A stretch of DNA of 64,000 bases from Paramecium tetraurelia (taxonomy: Eukaryota). Below the pieces are notes generated by a model, which worked only from the letters and a program-made list of their open reading frames with translations, searched no databases and was not told where the DNA came from. Within the stretch, counting starts at the first letter, position 1. Each line of letters opens with the position of its first letter. The stretch spans positions 434,001 to 498,000 of the forward strand of contig CT868241.1 in the NCBI GenBank assembly GCA_000165425.1, given 5' to 3'. Shown piece by piece: positions 1-14,040 of the stretch. Made by a program: the position numbers and the translations under genes.

Positions 1-1090
1 GGTAAAAGTTGAAAATAAATCGAAAGATGATATTGGAGTTTAAAAACCTTAAGAGATTGAATCATCCCCATATAGTGTCAATGAAAGAGATTTATATCTA
101 ATGGAATGAAGGATTCTAATCCACTGGAATGGTATGTGTAATTATGGAGAAAATTGATGGGAGAGAGATGTTTGAGGTTATTTAATAATAAAAACAATAT
201 AGTGGTATTATTTTAACTAAGAAAGAGACCATTGCTCGTGTACTATTCATATAGATCCTAGAAGCCATCAAATATATGCATGAAAACTATTGTTGCCATC
301 GAGATTTAAAGCCAAATAACATTTTATGTGCACATGATGGCAAATCTATAAAAATAACTGATTTTAATGTAAATGACTTATTAAACGTAGGTTTCAAAAT
401 TTAATGATAGTTATAAAGAGTTTGGAGATCTCAATTAACATGGAAAAATTGAAATGTGGACCTATACTGGAACTGTTGCATTCTCAGCACCTGAGATCTT
501 TTCAGGAAACCTTTATAAGTAACTAAATTTATGTAATTAGTGAATAAGTTGATTTATGGAGTGCAGGTGTCATATTATTTGTAATGCTAAGTGGAGAATT
601 GCCCTTCAATTCTGAATATCTCAACGATCTAATTGAGTAGATTAGATAGTGTAAATATGAGTTTGGCGGAATCATTTGGGATTAAATCTCTGAATCAGCT
701 AAGGATCTGATTACTAATCTTCTATAATTGGATCCTGACAAAAGATTCACTCCAGAATAGGCTCTAAATCATCCTTGGATCACTCATGAATAAAGTAATT
801 CAGATATTCCGAGATATTAATTGCAAATCAATATGGCTCGCATTTTGAGAGTTAAAAATATTAATCAGGAATCAAAGATCAAATAAATATGCTATTTATT
901 TGGAGCTGGAGATATTTGGAAGAGACATTCTCTAGGTTAAGATACTAATCTAGATTTATATGACAATTTGAAAAAATATCGATCTATAGACATTTCTGAT
1001 AGTTGGAAAAATGCTGAAATCAAAGTGACAAAAGATCAAAGCAAAAAGGGTGTTTATACTATAGATTATCCCTTTACCGATTCTGATTGA
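1..1090 (+). CDS. Ser/Thr protein kinase (CAMK-like), 5'-truncated by the window edge
   Basis: In the ciliate code it reads HRDLKPNNIL, ITDFN|VSK (DFN in place of DFG), WTYTGTVAFSAPE and DLWSAGV. Tiny introns lie near 205-225, 369-390 and 519-540. TGA at 1088-1090. Confidence 0.9.
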
Positions 1091-1359
1091 ATTTAGAAAA
1101 ATTATTAATTTAATAATTTCTTAATTAATTTTATACAAATATTCTTATATAATTCTTATTTCTTTTGAATATTCTTCTACTCAATTTTTATCTATTAATA
1201 ATATTCAAAGTTTCAAGTTTAATTAATTAGGAGGATTTAAATGCTCTTGAGTTTTAATCGATAAAAAAATTATAATTTATATATAATGCTGAATCATTAA
1301 TTTAATGTAAACAAAATTTATCTAAGTTTATATAATAATCATAAAACTCTTATTGGGTT

Positions 1360-2702
1360 TCATTAAAAACCTTTTATATCTGATTTCTCTTATATCTCTT
1401 TTAATTCAATCTAATCTTGGTCATTTTGAGGGTCGTTTAAAAGTGAATCTTTGACTTCATTTGACTAATTGCCATTCATCACAGATTGCACAATTTCATC
1501 ATAAGTGATAATCTTCTATCCCCATTATTTGTATTAGTAGTAGATACCAGAGCAGGCTAAAATTATAATGCCAGTAAAATAAATGTAATATCTATAGTCC
1601 GAATTTCCTGAAATATTCTTAATTTCTGAAGGAAACCCTCCAGCAATCAAACCTATACCCTTAAACACTAAGTATGACTAAATAACATTTATATGTATAC
1701 TCCTAAAAAACTAGTACTAAAAATGATTAGATGATCGAATAATCTAAACGATAGAGCAGTGCACCCAAAACTGAAAACCAACATAATTGAATATAATAAG
1801 TATTAAGAAGTAACAAATTAAACCAATAGAGCATTCCACAACAGTAAAGACAAGACTACTCCAAGTCCAATACCTATTGCAACAATTCCGATTTTGTCTA
1901 AGTGCATAGATAAACCTCCTGCAAATGCTCCGATTAACACAGCGATTATCAACGTTAACCACAAAAAAAATGGATTGTCTCCCAAATCAATTTCACTGGA
2001 TATATATAATGCAAAGAAAAAGCCAATTAAGTATCCAAAAATAAAGAGGGTTGGCTTTAAGATTTGCTTACCCATTAAGCATTCTGTTAAGCCGATCATT
2101 ATCAAAATTGCAGACAGAAATTTATTATTGTCATTTAGGAATTAAACAATTTAAGAAAATAAAACTAAGGGACATCCATTATCAGCCTCCATTTCAATGG
2201 TGTAAAATTATTTGTTTTTATCATAAGATATGTCCAATATCTTAAGTCCTTCTTATTGATCTTAACAATAAAGCACGTATTTTACATAAAACCCATTAAG
2301 TGTACTTTATTTATTTGATTATATTAATACTTGTTGAATTCTGCCTGCACTCCTTCATTAGATTTATCCTGATTAATTAGTTCAAAGGAATCCGCAAAGT
2401 ACGAATCTGTGTTAATCAATGATATGCATTATTAATCTAGTTTTCCCTCGTTATTTATTATCACTGCAAATGTATTAAATGTAATTTCCGGACACTTTAA
2501 AATTGGTTGACAAAATCGGAAATATAATGTACTTGTTTCTAAATCATCAATTAACAGTACCGTTTAGAATTTGTTTATATTCCTTAGTTTATAAATCATC
2601 AAATATGTAAACAGCATCAGAATTAATTACTTTTTTGCATTTGCTTCCATTAATTGTTATTAGGAGGCTCCCTAAGATTAGTATAAAATATTTATAATTC
2701 AT
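1360..2702 (-). CDS. Signal peptide plus multi-pass membrane protein (TM7S3/TMEM198, DUF4203-like)
   Basis: It begins MNYKYFILILGSLLITING, then a luminal Cys-containing region, then helices such as IGLTECLMGKQILKPTLFIFGYLIGFF and LIGAFAGGL. Family assigned by resemblance only. Confidence 0.7.
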
Positions 2703-2798
2703 TTTTAATAAATGAAATTGATTAGAAATAATCAAAAATTCCAAAAATTAGAATTCTATGTTTAAATGATTAATAAGAATTACAAAATACAATAACCT

Positions 2799-3226
2799 TC
2801 AATTTTGTTTTTTTATGCCTTAAGATAATTAGGAAGCCTAATTTAATAATTAATCGGACCACTTTACTACTTTCTTGCACTATGAACAAATTATTGAGCC
2901 TAAATTGAATAATGTTCAAATACTTTAAGGTTGATGCAGAATATTTGCATAACAAGTGGTACATTGAAACACTTCATATTGGACAGGCATTTTAACAAAT
3001 TTACCACAAGTGATATTCTTGCATTAATAGGGGGTATTATCTTCGTTTTCTTAATAGGCTAAGCAAAATGAACAAATCGAATATCTTAATTAAATTGATA
3101 CAAAAACTTTTTATTAATTTTGTTTGGATTGGCAACAATAGACTTAGCTTATCTTATTTAAGGTATAAATTATATTTCTTCCACCTTGAATTCTTCATAC
3201 ATATAGTTTTGATTATTAAAGCTCAT
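2799..3226 (-). CDS. Small zinc-finger-like protein with several Cys pairs
   Basis: It begins MSFNNQNYMYEEF and contains CSFC, CKNITC, CTTC and CSQC, with a 24-nt intron before the last pair. TGA at 2799-2801. Confidence 0.6.
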
Positions 3227-3436
3227 TTTTTTATATAATTATATAATTGATTATAAATTCTTAAGATCGAATAAATTTACTTCAATTATAATTAATATTT
3301 ATTATTCGTAACAAAAGTCCAATTGACTTTTAATCCAATTTATTTCATTTTTGTTTTATTGAAATTGATAATACAATTCTCTTTTATCTTTACCCAATAA
3401 TAATTTAAATAAATAAACTTTCTATTCATATTAATA

Positions 3437-4600
3437 TCATAACCATTATTCTATTAATACACTTATAATTATAAAAAATAATTGATTAGAATCTAGGTTT
3501 ATAAAGGAAATCAATCTAATCTTAATATGAAATAATTTTAATAGTTAGAAAAAGTAATCAAGATTAATTTCTAAATTTTTTTCCTCAATATAATTCAAAA
3601 TTGGATGAATTTTTATTAACACTTTTTCATTTATATTTAAGTTGATATATTAAATCGATATCAAACCGTCTCGATCTGAATCTAATTATTTAAATACTTT
3701 TTCAACAAAACTAACATTGTTTACAACATCCCTTTCATTAGTATTCAATATTAGAATTTTTGTTATTTAATTTTATCATTTTATTTGCAATTAAATTTGC
3801 CAAGATCTAATCCTGCTTATCTACTTTCTTCTTAACAAGCCTAAATGTTTGATCCTTTCTTATCAGTGGTTTGAAATATGGTTAATTAGTGACTTTATCC
3901 TTTTTTTCTGCATCTGATGCTAATCTTCTTTATTATTACTTCAATTATTGATCAGCTTATTCTTAAATCAGTTTTTCGACATGATATATTTATTCTTACT
4001 TAGTAGGTTTCTTCTTAGGATTCAAACCAATATTTGGATGAAATGGATATACCTAACTCATTACTCTTTCCCTCAAAGCTTTTTTTTTTGCTTCAATCAC
4101 TTTAGCATCTTAATATAATTTAGAATGAATTGGTTCTTCAGAACTACCTCTTTCTTTTACAATTAAACGAGATATGCTATTGATTCTTGGTATTGCATAA
4201 TTGATTTATTTTTCTTCTTGATCATGTTCTTATAAAGCAGTCGTCAATCTTTTTTTCTAATTGTTGGCATCTGCATACAACTATTCAAAAACATCGGTCT
4301 CTTTTATTATTAAATTTGATACCTGTTTTATTTCTGTATAATTTTTGCACAAGTTGCTATGTATTTAAAGAAAGAATAGAAGTGTGCCGAGTTTTTACCT
4401 GAAAAACTATAAAAAATTAATACTGGGACTTTTAGCTGTCTTTTAATCTCTGCGATGATAAATTATTTTCCTTCCTATCTAATTTAATGTCTATCACAAA
4501 AAAATTAGGTCAAAAGTTCAATGTCATCTCCTTCGTAAATACAAATCTACTCTATTTTTTCACCTGTATCCAAACTAACAATTGCTTACAAATTAATCAT
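3437..4600 (-). CDS. Hypothetical coiled-coil protein with C-terminal EF-hand-like loop
   Basis: The N-terminus reads QICIYEGDDIELLTQFFCDRH and the C-terminal part VFKQLDSDRDGLISIQ. The exact 3' end is uncertain. Confidence 0.6.
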
Positions 4601-5020
4601 AAGGCAATAAAAATTATTTAAGATGTGGGAAAAATTAATTCAATTAAATTTCTTATTTAAAATAATTCATTTGATTGATTATGGAATTGTAAATTAGAAT
4701 TGAAGCAATTATTATCAAACAAGAATATTCTATTTATTGAGATGATTAGCTTCAATAAAATATATATATTTATAGTAGCAATTATTTTGAACTACAAAAG
4801 ATCTTTATCAAAACTACAACTTTTTATCTTAAATTATATTCTTGTTTATAATAATTTAATATGTAAGAGAGATAGATATTCGAATTAATCCTAATACATT
4901 TAAATAATAATATTTTCAAATATGTTCAAATATCATGTTGTAATAACTTATTCAAATTGATATCATAAAGTAAAATAACCATAATGCTATATATTACACA
5001 CACTATAAAATACAATTTAA

Positions 5021-6821
5021 TCAAACTAAAATCGAATTCCTGAATAAATTTAGTAGTTAGAAACAATCTCTAAAAATACTTGGGAATATTTTACAATGGT
5101 GTCCTCTACTTCGTTAATCCCTTATAAATAGTTCCTAATCTGTCTTTTTAAAGCAAACAAATTGGATACTTGCTTATAACTGGTTTATTCCTTATTGATA
5201 ATAAAGAATATAAACATAATTATAAATTCTAACTAATTAATATTTCTTTTAACAAGCAATTCATATAGATTCAAACTTTAGGAAATTAGATTAATAAATA
5301 TCAGGTGCATTTATATCAAATTCGATCATTTTTATAAAATAAAAAGATGAAATATTATCAAATAAGTTAATGAAAAAATTAATATTTCTTTATTTATTGT
5401 TAAGTAAATATTCACTAACATATATTATGAAAATCATCTTCAAATTTTAGTAATATTTAATTAGCTTCATCTGCAATTTCTTAATTATTTGACAAAGCAA
5501 ATTGCATTAAATGATGTGGATAATCCATTTGGAATGCTTGAACACTAAACACGCTTAATAAATTATTTAATGATTATAAAGTAAATAAGGTAGAAAATTA
5601 ATCAAGAGAAAAGTCTTTTAATAAGTCAATTAAAATGATATGAGTTTCCAAATCAACTAAATTTTAAATTTATAATTCATTTGAACTTTCAATTAAAATC
5701 TTAATGCAACGTATAGAAGCTTCTCTTACCTTTTTAGGGTAGCAGCCTTCACTTAATCTTATAATTTCTTTGAGTATAACATTATCGTCATAAAAAGGTT
5801 ATAATAGGTTATTGAATGTTTGTGACAATTAATAGAATATTATGCTTAATAAATTGAGAATTGAAGGAATTACTTCATTGTTATTCAGTCTGATAATCTA
5901 TTTCGAATACTCAATAACATGAATTTATAATAACTCATAAAAACACTCTGTTTCATTAATACAAAAGTAGGATAACAACTTAGTAATTAATTCTACTAGA
6001 GTTATACATCCCAAGCTTAAATTAATCAAATTTAGTATTAAATCATAATCTTATTGCAAAAAGTTTAAATTTAATTTCTATACTACGATACAGTAAATCT
6101 CAATCTAATCAGATATAAATTATGGTTTTTCTTTTAATCCGTAATTTAATAGTGTCTTTATCAATTTCACAAGGTAATCACAATCAAAGAGTAAAAAATC
6201 ATCACATATGCAGCTTACAAAATTTTTTAGACATTTTGAGATTAATAAAATATTTTGATTTTCATTTTTCGAAATAGAATTATGAGTAAGATCATTAATA
6301 GCAATAATGAGATCCAATTATTCAAGTTTTTAGGAATTGGAATTGCACCATACATTTATTAATAATTCTAAAGCAGTTCTAACTTCAGTTCCATTGGATA
6401 TCAACCCTGATATAACTTACAGAATATTGAAGTTTGTATGGCTATTAGTGAGCAACTTATCTTAAATTTCATCCGAAAAAAATGTCAAATTGATAAATAT
6501 TGTCAATGACTCCAAAATTAAGGTATTTTTATTTGTAATCTAATACATTAAAAGCGAGAGTAAATTATCGACATTTCTCTCAATTAATTATATTTGTTCA
6601 TTTGATAGTTTTTAATTAATACAATAAAGTAAGCATGAATTCAATTCTTTCAAATGGTCCTACGTAATTATTCTGGGGTTTGCTATCATGTCAATTAATT
6701 GATTAAACGAGTATGCTTATTATACCTATGTATTGGCTAATATTCTTTTTTATTTGAAAACATTTTAATGAAACTATTATCTAATCTGAGTTCTAAATAA
6801 TTCACGCTTGTATTTAATCAT
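5021..6821 (-). CDS. Divergent importin-alpha-like / ARM-repeat protein
   Basis: The N-terminus KRELFRTQIRQQQFHQNVFKQKR resembles an IBB domain and is followed by Leu-rich helical repeats (VIFINLTFF, KVREASIRCI). It ends EFDFSL-TGA. Confidence 0.6.
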
Positions 6822-7065
6822 ATTTGTAAATAATTAATTTAATTAATTAAATATTGATCAAAAATTCTGTCATAGCAATATGATCATTTGGTGCCATGGA
6901 TAGAAAATTTATAAACTAGATCGGTAATAAAATATAATTAGTTTAATATGATAATTAATATTAATCGATTTATTTATAATTTTTGTACATTTAAATAAAA
7001 CAACCTTAAATTTGGAAAATTTATGAAACTTAAATTATTTAGAAAATCTCAAATTCGATGAATAA

Positions 7066-7616
7066 ATGATGGTTTTTCAGAAGGTTTATTATGTAATTCA
7101 AAAATTTTCTTAACGAAGATAAACTTCAGATTGAAAGCTATCATTTTTTAGTCGATGACTTCAAAGGAAAACCATAACTTTTTTTCAGATTTTGAGATTT
7201 AAGATCAGGGATGATATTATTTAAATTCTCACTTTAATAATAAAAATCTGTTTGGGATTATTAGACAAATTTTAACAGGATAATGAAGTAAAATTACAAT
7301 AGTCCTGGTCTTGAATAGGCAGATTATCGAATAGAAAGATTTCCGATCTTATCAGGTAAAAGAATAGATATTTTTTAAAGTGAAAATGAAAATTTGATTT
7401 ATTATTTTATGTTAATTATAATCGGCTTAGTATGCTAGTGATCTATAGATTAAAAAATTTAATAAAAATAATGAAAACAAGGAATTCTTAGAGATAATCA
7501 TAAAGAGAAGACTTGTCAGTGACTTGTTAAGAGGTATTAACTATAATTTCTCAAAAATCTCATACCTTATATATTAACTATTTTTAAGCCTTATTTTAGA
7601 ATGTATCTATGAGTGA
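7066..7616 (+). CDS. Hypothetical protein (boundaries uncertain)
   Basis: The frame stays open in the ciliate code if two short GT..AG introns are removed. No recognisable domain. Confidence 0.35.
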
Positions 7617-7943
7617 TTTTCCCCTTTACAGCAGTGCTCAAACTCCTCGAAAGAAAAGAGGACCAATAAGCAAGAAACACAAATATGTACTTCTGTTATT
7701 TAAATAAAGACCACAATAAATTTGAAAAAACACAAATCCTCGAAATAATTTATCTGCTATGAAGACAGAGATTTAAATATTCCCGAGAAATACTAATCAA
7801 TGTTATAAAAACATGTAAGAATTATATTTAAAAAATTAAAGAAATCAGATGACGATAGAGAGTCTGATTCAGAACAAATTAAACACGCCATCAACTACTT
7901 GTACAAAGACCTATTATAATGTATTGAAAGAGAAAAGAATTGA
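7609..7943 (+). CDS. Small hypothetical protein
   Basis: It reads MSDFPLYSSAQTPRKKRGP...KSDDDRESDSEQIKHAINYLY with two tiny introns. TGA at 7941-7943. Confidence 0.65.
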
Positions 7944-7960
7944 ATTATATTAATTTTATA

Positions 7961-8716
7961 ATGCTCAAAAAGTACCTCTTCCAATGCAACTCAAAAGACT
8001 ACTTCCAATAAAAGAGAGTGCATACCAAAGATTCTGAACACACTCGACATTTTGAGTAGCATGTACATGTTATAAACTATCATCAAGAACTATCTGAAGA
8101 GAAGCATAGCAACCGAAACCAAGCCAGCATTAAAACCGATTGACATGGAAGAAACCAGGAAAGAGGAGCTTTCTAAATTTCGATCCATATCACTCTACAA
8201 TAAGAAGCAAGTTCGAATGCCTACATCAGCAGAGAAGTGTTGCTCCAATGAGAGAATTAGAGTTTTTAATATATTCAACAGTACTCCAAGAAATGTCAAG
8301 CCCAGTAGATCCCAACAAATGTTGAATGGATTCAAAGAAAAAGTTGTATATTCATCTCATAATAGGGTAAATAAACAATAACATTTTAGTAATCATCTGC
8401 TGCCAAACCTCCCATCTCAAGTAGAATCAATGACTCGTAAGAATTATTGTAGAAAGCATCCAGATCAAATATGATTCCCTTGAGAAGCTTTTTTAAGGAC
8501 AATCAAGTTAAACAACAAAATAATATAAAATTGGAATTAGAAAAGCATGCAAATAACAATATTTTGGAATTATTACTCCTAACGACTGGAGAATTAAAGA
8601 AAAAGTTTGAAGACGACCACAAATTACGAGATAGTAACAGTAGATAAAACTCAGAGGAAAGAGTAAGAGTTAAAGTAAGAAATAGCCATAAATTTCCAAA
8701 GGATTTCTTTCTATGA
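7961..8716 (+). CDS. Hypothetical basic protein
   Basis: MLKKYLFQCN... joins ORF 8145-8381 after a 25-nt intron and ends HKFPKDFFL-TGA. Confidence 0.65.
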
Positions 8717-8732
8717 TTATATTATTTAATTA

Positions 8733-11312
8733 ATGCTCAATGTTCTCAAATAACTATAAAATGAAATGACTTCAAAGGATGATTCAGTGAGAGCAAAAGC
8801 CACTCACAAATTTAGAGAAGAATTGGAATAACTCACTGTTAATCAAGAAGAATCAGAATTTTTAATCGAGTTTTTCCTCCACAAATTAAGTGATCCTCAA
8901 TCCTTACTTGATACAACCTATATTCTACTCAAATTGAGTAAATCTTCAAAAAGCATTCATCCATCATTTATTAAAATGATATAGAACAAATAGATAATTA
9001 TTCCTACATTTTCTAGAGAAGCAAGAATTAATTTTTATTAAATTTTTCTCGCTTTTCCAATTACATTTGAACTAGCCGCAATAATACTCTAGAGTATTAT
9101 AGGAGAAAAAGATCCTAGAAATATTTTAGTTGCTTTTTAATTATGTGATGCTATTTTAGAAGTAAAAAATATAGGAACATAATATAAGAGAGAAATTTTT
9201 GAATTCTTAGATTGTTATTATCCTATAGAATTTAACGAGAAAGCAGATCCAAGGTATATAAATAAATATTTACATAGGTTTCAAATCAAAAAGGTAGAAA
9301 TTGAACATATTCTTAATAAATGTCTTTTTAGTGAAGTATTGCTTAATGATTCTATATTATTGTTACAAGATAAAATTGTATCAGCTTATGATCGAGCTTA
9401 AGGTTCGGCACTCAAAAGTGTTATGTGGATAATTAAAAACTAAAATAAAATCACTGCATTATAAATTGAAGAGATTTATGAATCTATCTAAAAACTTGCA
9501 GAATAGGTAATTATGGATGACGATGTAATTGAATAAATTCCAATTACTTTAATAGAAATTTGTAATAATGAAAGATTTTAAAAAGTTAAGACTAAAATTA
9601 AAACAATTTCTTTGAAAACTTTAGAAGAAATACCTGCTACTTAATAAGGATTTATTTATTTTAATTTCTTAAAACTTTTGGTTTAAAATCATGGAGAAAC
9701 AATTTTTAGAGACATCGTTCAAATATTTAATAAAAAATTTGATACCAAAAATATTAATGTGACTTAAAAAAGGTTAGAGAATGTAATATCAGCAATTGCA
9801 GAATATAAAAAATATAATAGAGAATTCGTTTCAGAATTAGACAATAATCAAAAATCCCTACTCTATGATAAATTATAATAAGGGATTACTCATAAGATGT
9901 AAAATGTTTTTATTCTTACTCTTAAATGTTTAGCTGACATTATGAAATATTACTAAGATTACTAGAAAGATTTAGAATTATATTTATATAACTAAATAAA
10001 TAATAGGGAGCTTATTGAATAATAATGCATTTTGGATTACTTTGCCAAAAATGGAATTGTGGATATCAAACAATATTAATAGCTGCTCGCTTTTTGGTCA
10101 GAAAATAATTAGTTGCTATATGATTACAGTTTAACATGCTCTTTATATAATATCTAAGATTATTTCTCCTAATTTACTTTAGGTTTAATAAATAATTAGA
10201 ATTATTAAATAAAGTCAGAATAAATATCTGCTCTAAAAGGCTATTTGGATAATAACTCAATATCAAATTCAATAAGACAAGATTAGGCTTAATTAGTCAT
10301 AAATCATATTTATAATCCTTTAAATAAGAATAGAAAAAATAAGCTAATAAAACAGTTAATTTAGTTCATATTAAAGCAATTTGCTCTAAATTAAAATATC
10401 ATTAAATAAATTACCCTTGATTACGTACTACATCTCGAAGATGATTAAATATACTATTACATTCCTTTGATGGAATAGGAGTTAAATGAAAATCTCATCC
10501 AGTCTATACTAGAAATTATATACAAATAAGATTTTAAACAAAGAGATGTGCAAATAACAAATAGAAAATATGCATATAAATTTATTTAGTAAATTATTAA
10601 TAATATCTCTAGCACATGCTTATCAAAATATCAAAAAGAATTAAATTTGGATTTCCCCTAATTATCAACGATGGAAACATAATTCAATGATCATCAATTA
10701 AATTAGTTGCAATTGTATATAGTATTGCTCAGATAATAGGTAATTAAAATTTATTACAAAATTTAGATGTTGTTCAATAATGAGATAGCGCTTGAAAAAT
10801 TAAAGGAAATATCTTAGAGTCACCCACAATTACTGAGTCAAATAATTAAGCATAAAGATTTAGAAAATAAACCATCTCTATAAAAATCAATAGGTGAAAT
10901 GATTAAACAATTAAATCATAAACAAACCCTTAATTATCTAATCAATTAAGTAGATGAAGAGTTCATTACTGGTTTAGCAAATCCTGAATTGCTGTAATTA
11001 ATAATTGAACATTTCAATGATACAAAAATTGATAAACTAAAATCACTTGCTTTAATTGTGAATTGGTGTCCAATACTGAAGGTAAAAGTCATTGAGTAAT
11101 TGGCGAAAATAGAAACAAACGATATCAAGGTTTTGTACACTTTAATTAATATTGTGATGAATAACTTTGAGGAGGCTAAATATAATTTGGAATTGTACAA
11201 TACAGGGATTAATTTATTTAAAAGATATTTAAATTATCCCAAGAGAGTGGTCAGATAAGCTGCTTAAGAAGCAATAAATGAATGGTGTATAGTATTTTTT
11301 AAAGGTTTATGA
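8733..11312 (+). CDS. MMS19: MMS19/MET18 cytosolic Fe-S assembly targeting factor (HEAT repeats)
   Basis: It carries MMS19 N-terminal signatures DSVRAKA, GEKDPRNILVAF and LDCYYPIEF, and a C-terminal NYPKRVVRQAAQEAINEW matching the MMS19 DDxKRxVR..A...W motif. Confidence 0.85.
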
Positions 11313-11319
11313 CATAAAA

Positions 11320-11853
11320 TAAACTAAATCATTATTTCTTCCTTAATCTTGCTAATTATTACATTAGTTATTCATTCTATTAAAGCAGATGAGCAGTGAT
11401 TGTAATTTATTCAATATTTGGTTTTTATGCTTCATCCTTTTCTGCTTCAAGGATTGTACATTTTTGATTCAATATTTCTATTTAATCTTTTTGTTGTTTA
11501 ATCTGCTCTTGTAACTAGAGAATGACTGTTAAAAGGTTAGATTGATCTCCATCTATGGATTCGATTCCATCTTCAAAATGGTTGACTTCTTTTTATTGCT
11601 GCATTTACCTATGTGAATTTACAGATTTCATTGGAGTAAAGTATAAACTACGAGCACTCATTGGTTATCTATAAGTCTGATTGCCATTTGTTTTTTGAAT
11701 TGCCTTTGAAAAAAAAAAATCTGAATCCTCTTATTCAGATTTGTATCTAATAGATTTTCTCTCTTAGCAATCCTGTTAAATCTTCTAAACCACTTTTTCA
11801 ATATTAGGTTAATGAAGCAAAATTGTCATAGATCTAAGATTATATTATTTCAT
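11320..11853 (-). CDS. Hypothetical coiled-coil protein (3' end uncertain)
   Basis: Open ciliate-code frame from the ATG at 11853, Q/E/K-rich with a heptad pattern. Confidence 0.45.
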
Positions 11854-12882
11854 ATTAAAATTAATTGAGACAATTATAACACTCCCCTTATTCTACAAAT
11901 AGTTGTTGAATAAAAACCAAATAGAATATGATATATCAGTTAAATCCACTGACGAAGAAAAATTGAAAAATTGAAAAAGTTAAAAATAATATAATATTAT
12001 TACTAGAGATTAAGAATTTAGAACAGTTTATAAAATATTATAAAATGGTTAAATATATACATCTTATATTGTTAATTTTCAAAAAGATTAAGTAATTTAA
12101 TGATGTATTCAACACTTCTCATTATTACTAAAATTAACAAAAAAGGGCTTTATAAATACCTATTGTAAATGAATTTAACCAATATATTGAAATTTAAACG
12201 AATAATTTATTAATAAATTGAAAAATTGCAGTAGGTTTAAAATAGAGAAAAACATCTAAAATATGATATTATTCCTTCACAAATGAGTTTGAATGTCAAA
12301 TCTGTATTGAAATTTTAATAAAAAGCCGAAAATTATTCAGTTTATACATAGATCAATTTTCACTTAAAATATTGGCCAACATTTTTATTAGCTCTTTTAA
12401 AAGGAAGAGAAATATAGATGTGATTGCATTTTAAAAATTGATTATATCGAACACTTTTGATGAAAAATTTGATTCTCTAGAAGAGATTAAAATTATAATG
12501 TCTGAAAACGATTCTCTTCAATACATCCAAAATATTATGTTTCTATGTATCCCAAAAACAGTATGAATAAGAGAGAGACTCAGCAAAAATAAGAAAATTG
12601 TAATATTTTAATAAATAAAAGGAGATAATATTCAGAAGAGAAAAAAAAAGAGAATGAAGAGTGAATATTATATTCGCTCAAATTTATCAAGAATAGTTTT
12701 GAGAAACAACAGTATGAGAAATGATGGATAGTGATTGAAAAAAGATAGATTTATATATAAAAATTTTAAAGAGGGAAATTTAGAAATATAAATCTATTCT
12801 TCGCATAAATAAAATTTGATTATATAGATGGAATTGTAATAATGCTATGATTAATAATTTTATTAATATATTAATATTAAAA

Positions 12883-13893
12883 ATGTTCAATTCAGATATG
12901 AAGGAAATCGATGACCTGCAAGTGTTAGACTATGATGTATTTGGAAAATGTAATGATATGATGGTATTTATAAATTCAATATTCAAAGAGCTTTATCAAG
13001 TCCACACACCCAATTCTTAAAGATGATCCGCAGATTAATAGAAAAACTAATGCAGTTGCAAAATTAATTAATTAACTTATAAATTTTTTAAAAGATTCAG
13101 ATAGTTCTAATTTATACAATTTTCCAGAGTATCATGATATAGTGTACTTGCTGAAGAATAACTTATCTAATAATTTAAGAATTCAAGCCATAAAATTGCA
13201 ATAGCTTGAAACAAGCAATTATGAATATAAGAATTAAATATCAAATTAAGCTTAAAAAATTTAAAAATTGTGTTAAGATCTATTAACTTAAGATAAAGAA
13301 AATTAAAAGTTACAAAAAGAGGTAGTATTTTAGTTAATTTAAGATTAAAGCCTTAAAACATCAAATGTAATAAATGGAGGACTTGGAGTATTAAATAGAA
13401 AAAGCAATGAATAATTAAAATTAAGATTTAAATGAGAATAATAATATATTAAAAAATGAAATCATTTAATTAAAGCATAGTCTAGAACTGAAGGAAAACA
13501 AAATTAAATATCAAGAAGGAGAGATAAAGTTATTGAAAATACAAGTGCAAAGACTCCTTGATGATTAAAGGCAAGATAGAAAACATCACCTATTTTATGA
13601 ATAATAATAAATATTCAAGGAGAATTAAGAATTGTTAAAGAAAATTAATTAACTATCATTACAAAATAAATATCATGTTGTTTAAAATGCTGAAAAAAGA
13701 AAAGAGCCTCAAAATGAAGAATATAACAAAAAATAGATATAATACGCAGAAAAATTGTAAAATAGAATTTTCAATTTTCTTAATTAATTATCCTTACATG
13801 GCTTTCTGCTTAGTGCATGGATCGGAGCATACGTAATTATTCAATATTTTAAATGATCATTTATTTTTATCAAATAAAACAAATCTTAATTGA
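12883..13893 (+). CDS. Hypothetical coiled-coil protein
   Basis: It begins MFNSDMKEIDDLQVLDY, has two tiny introns and long Q/E/K heptads. TGA at 13891-13893. Confidence 0.7.
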
Positions 13894-14040
13894 ATTTATT
13901 GTGTTTGTCTTTTCTTTTGCGTAGAAAGTGACAATTAATAGTATTCAATACAAAATAGGTTGATTTTCAAACCAAGTATAATGATGTTTTTTAGTTGATA
14001 TTAGCATATTAATTTATTTAATTATATTATAAATTTCAAG

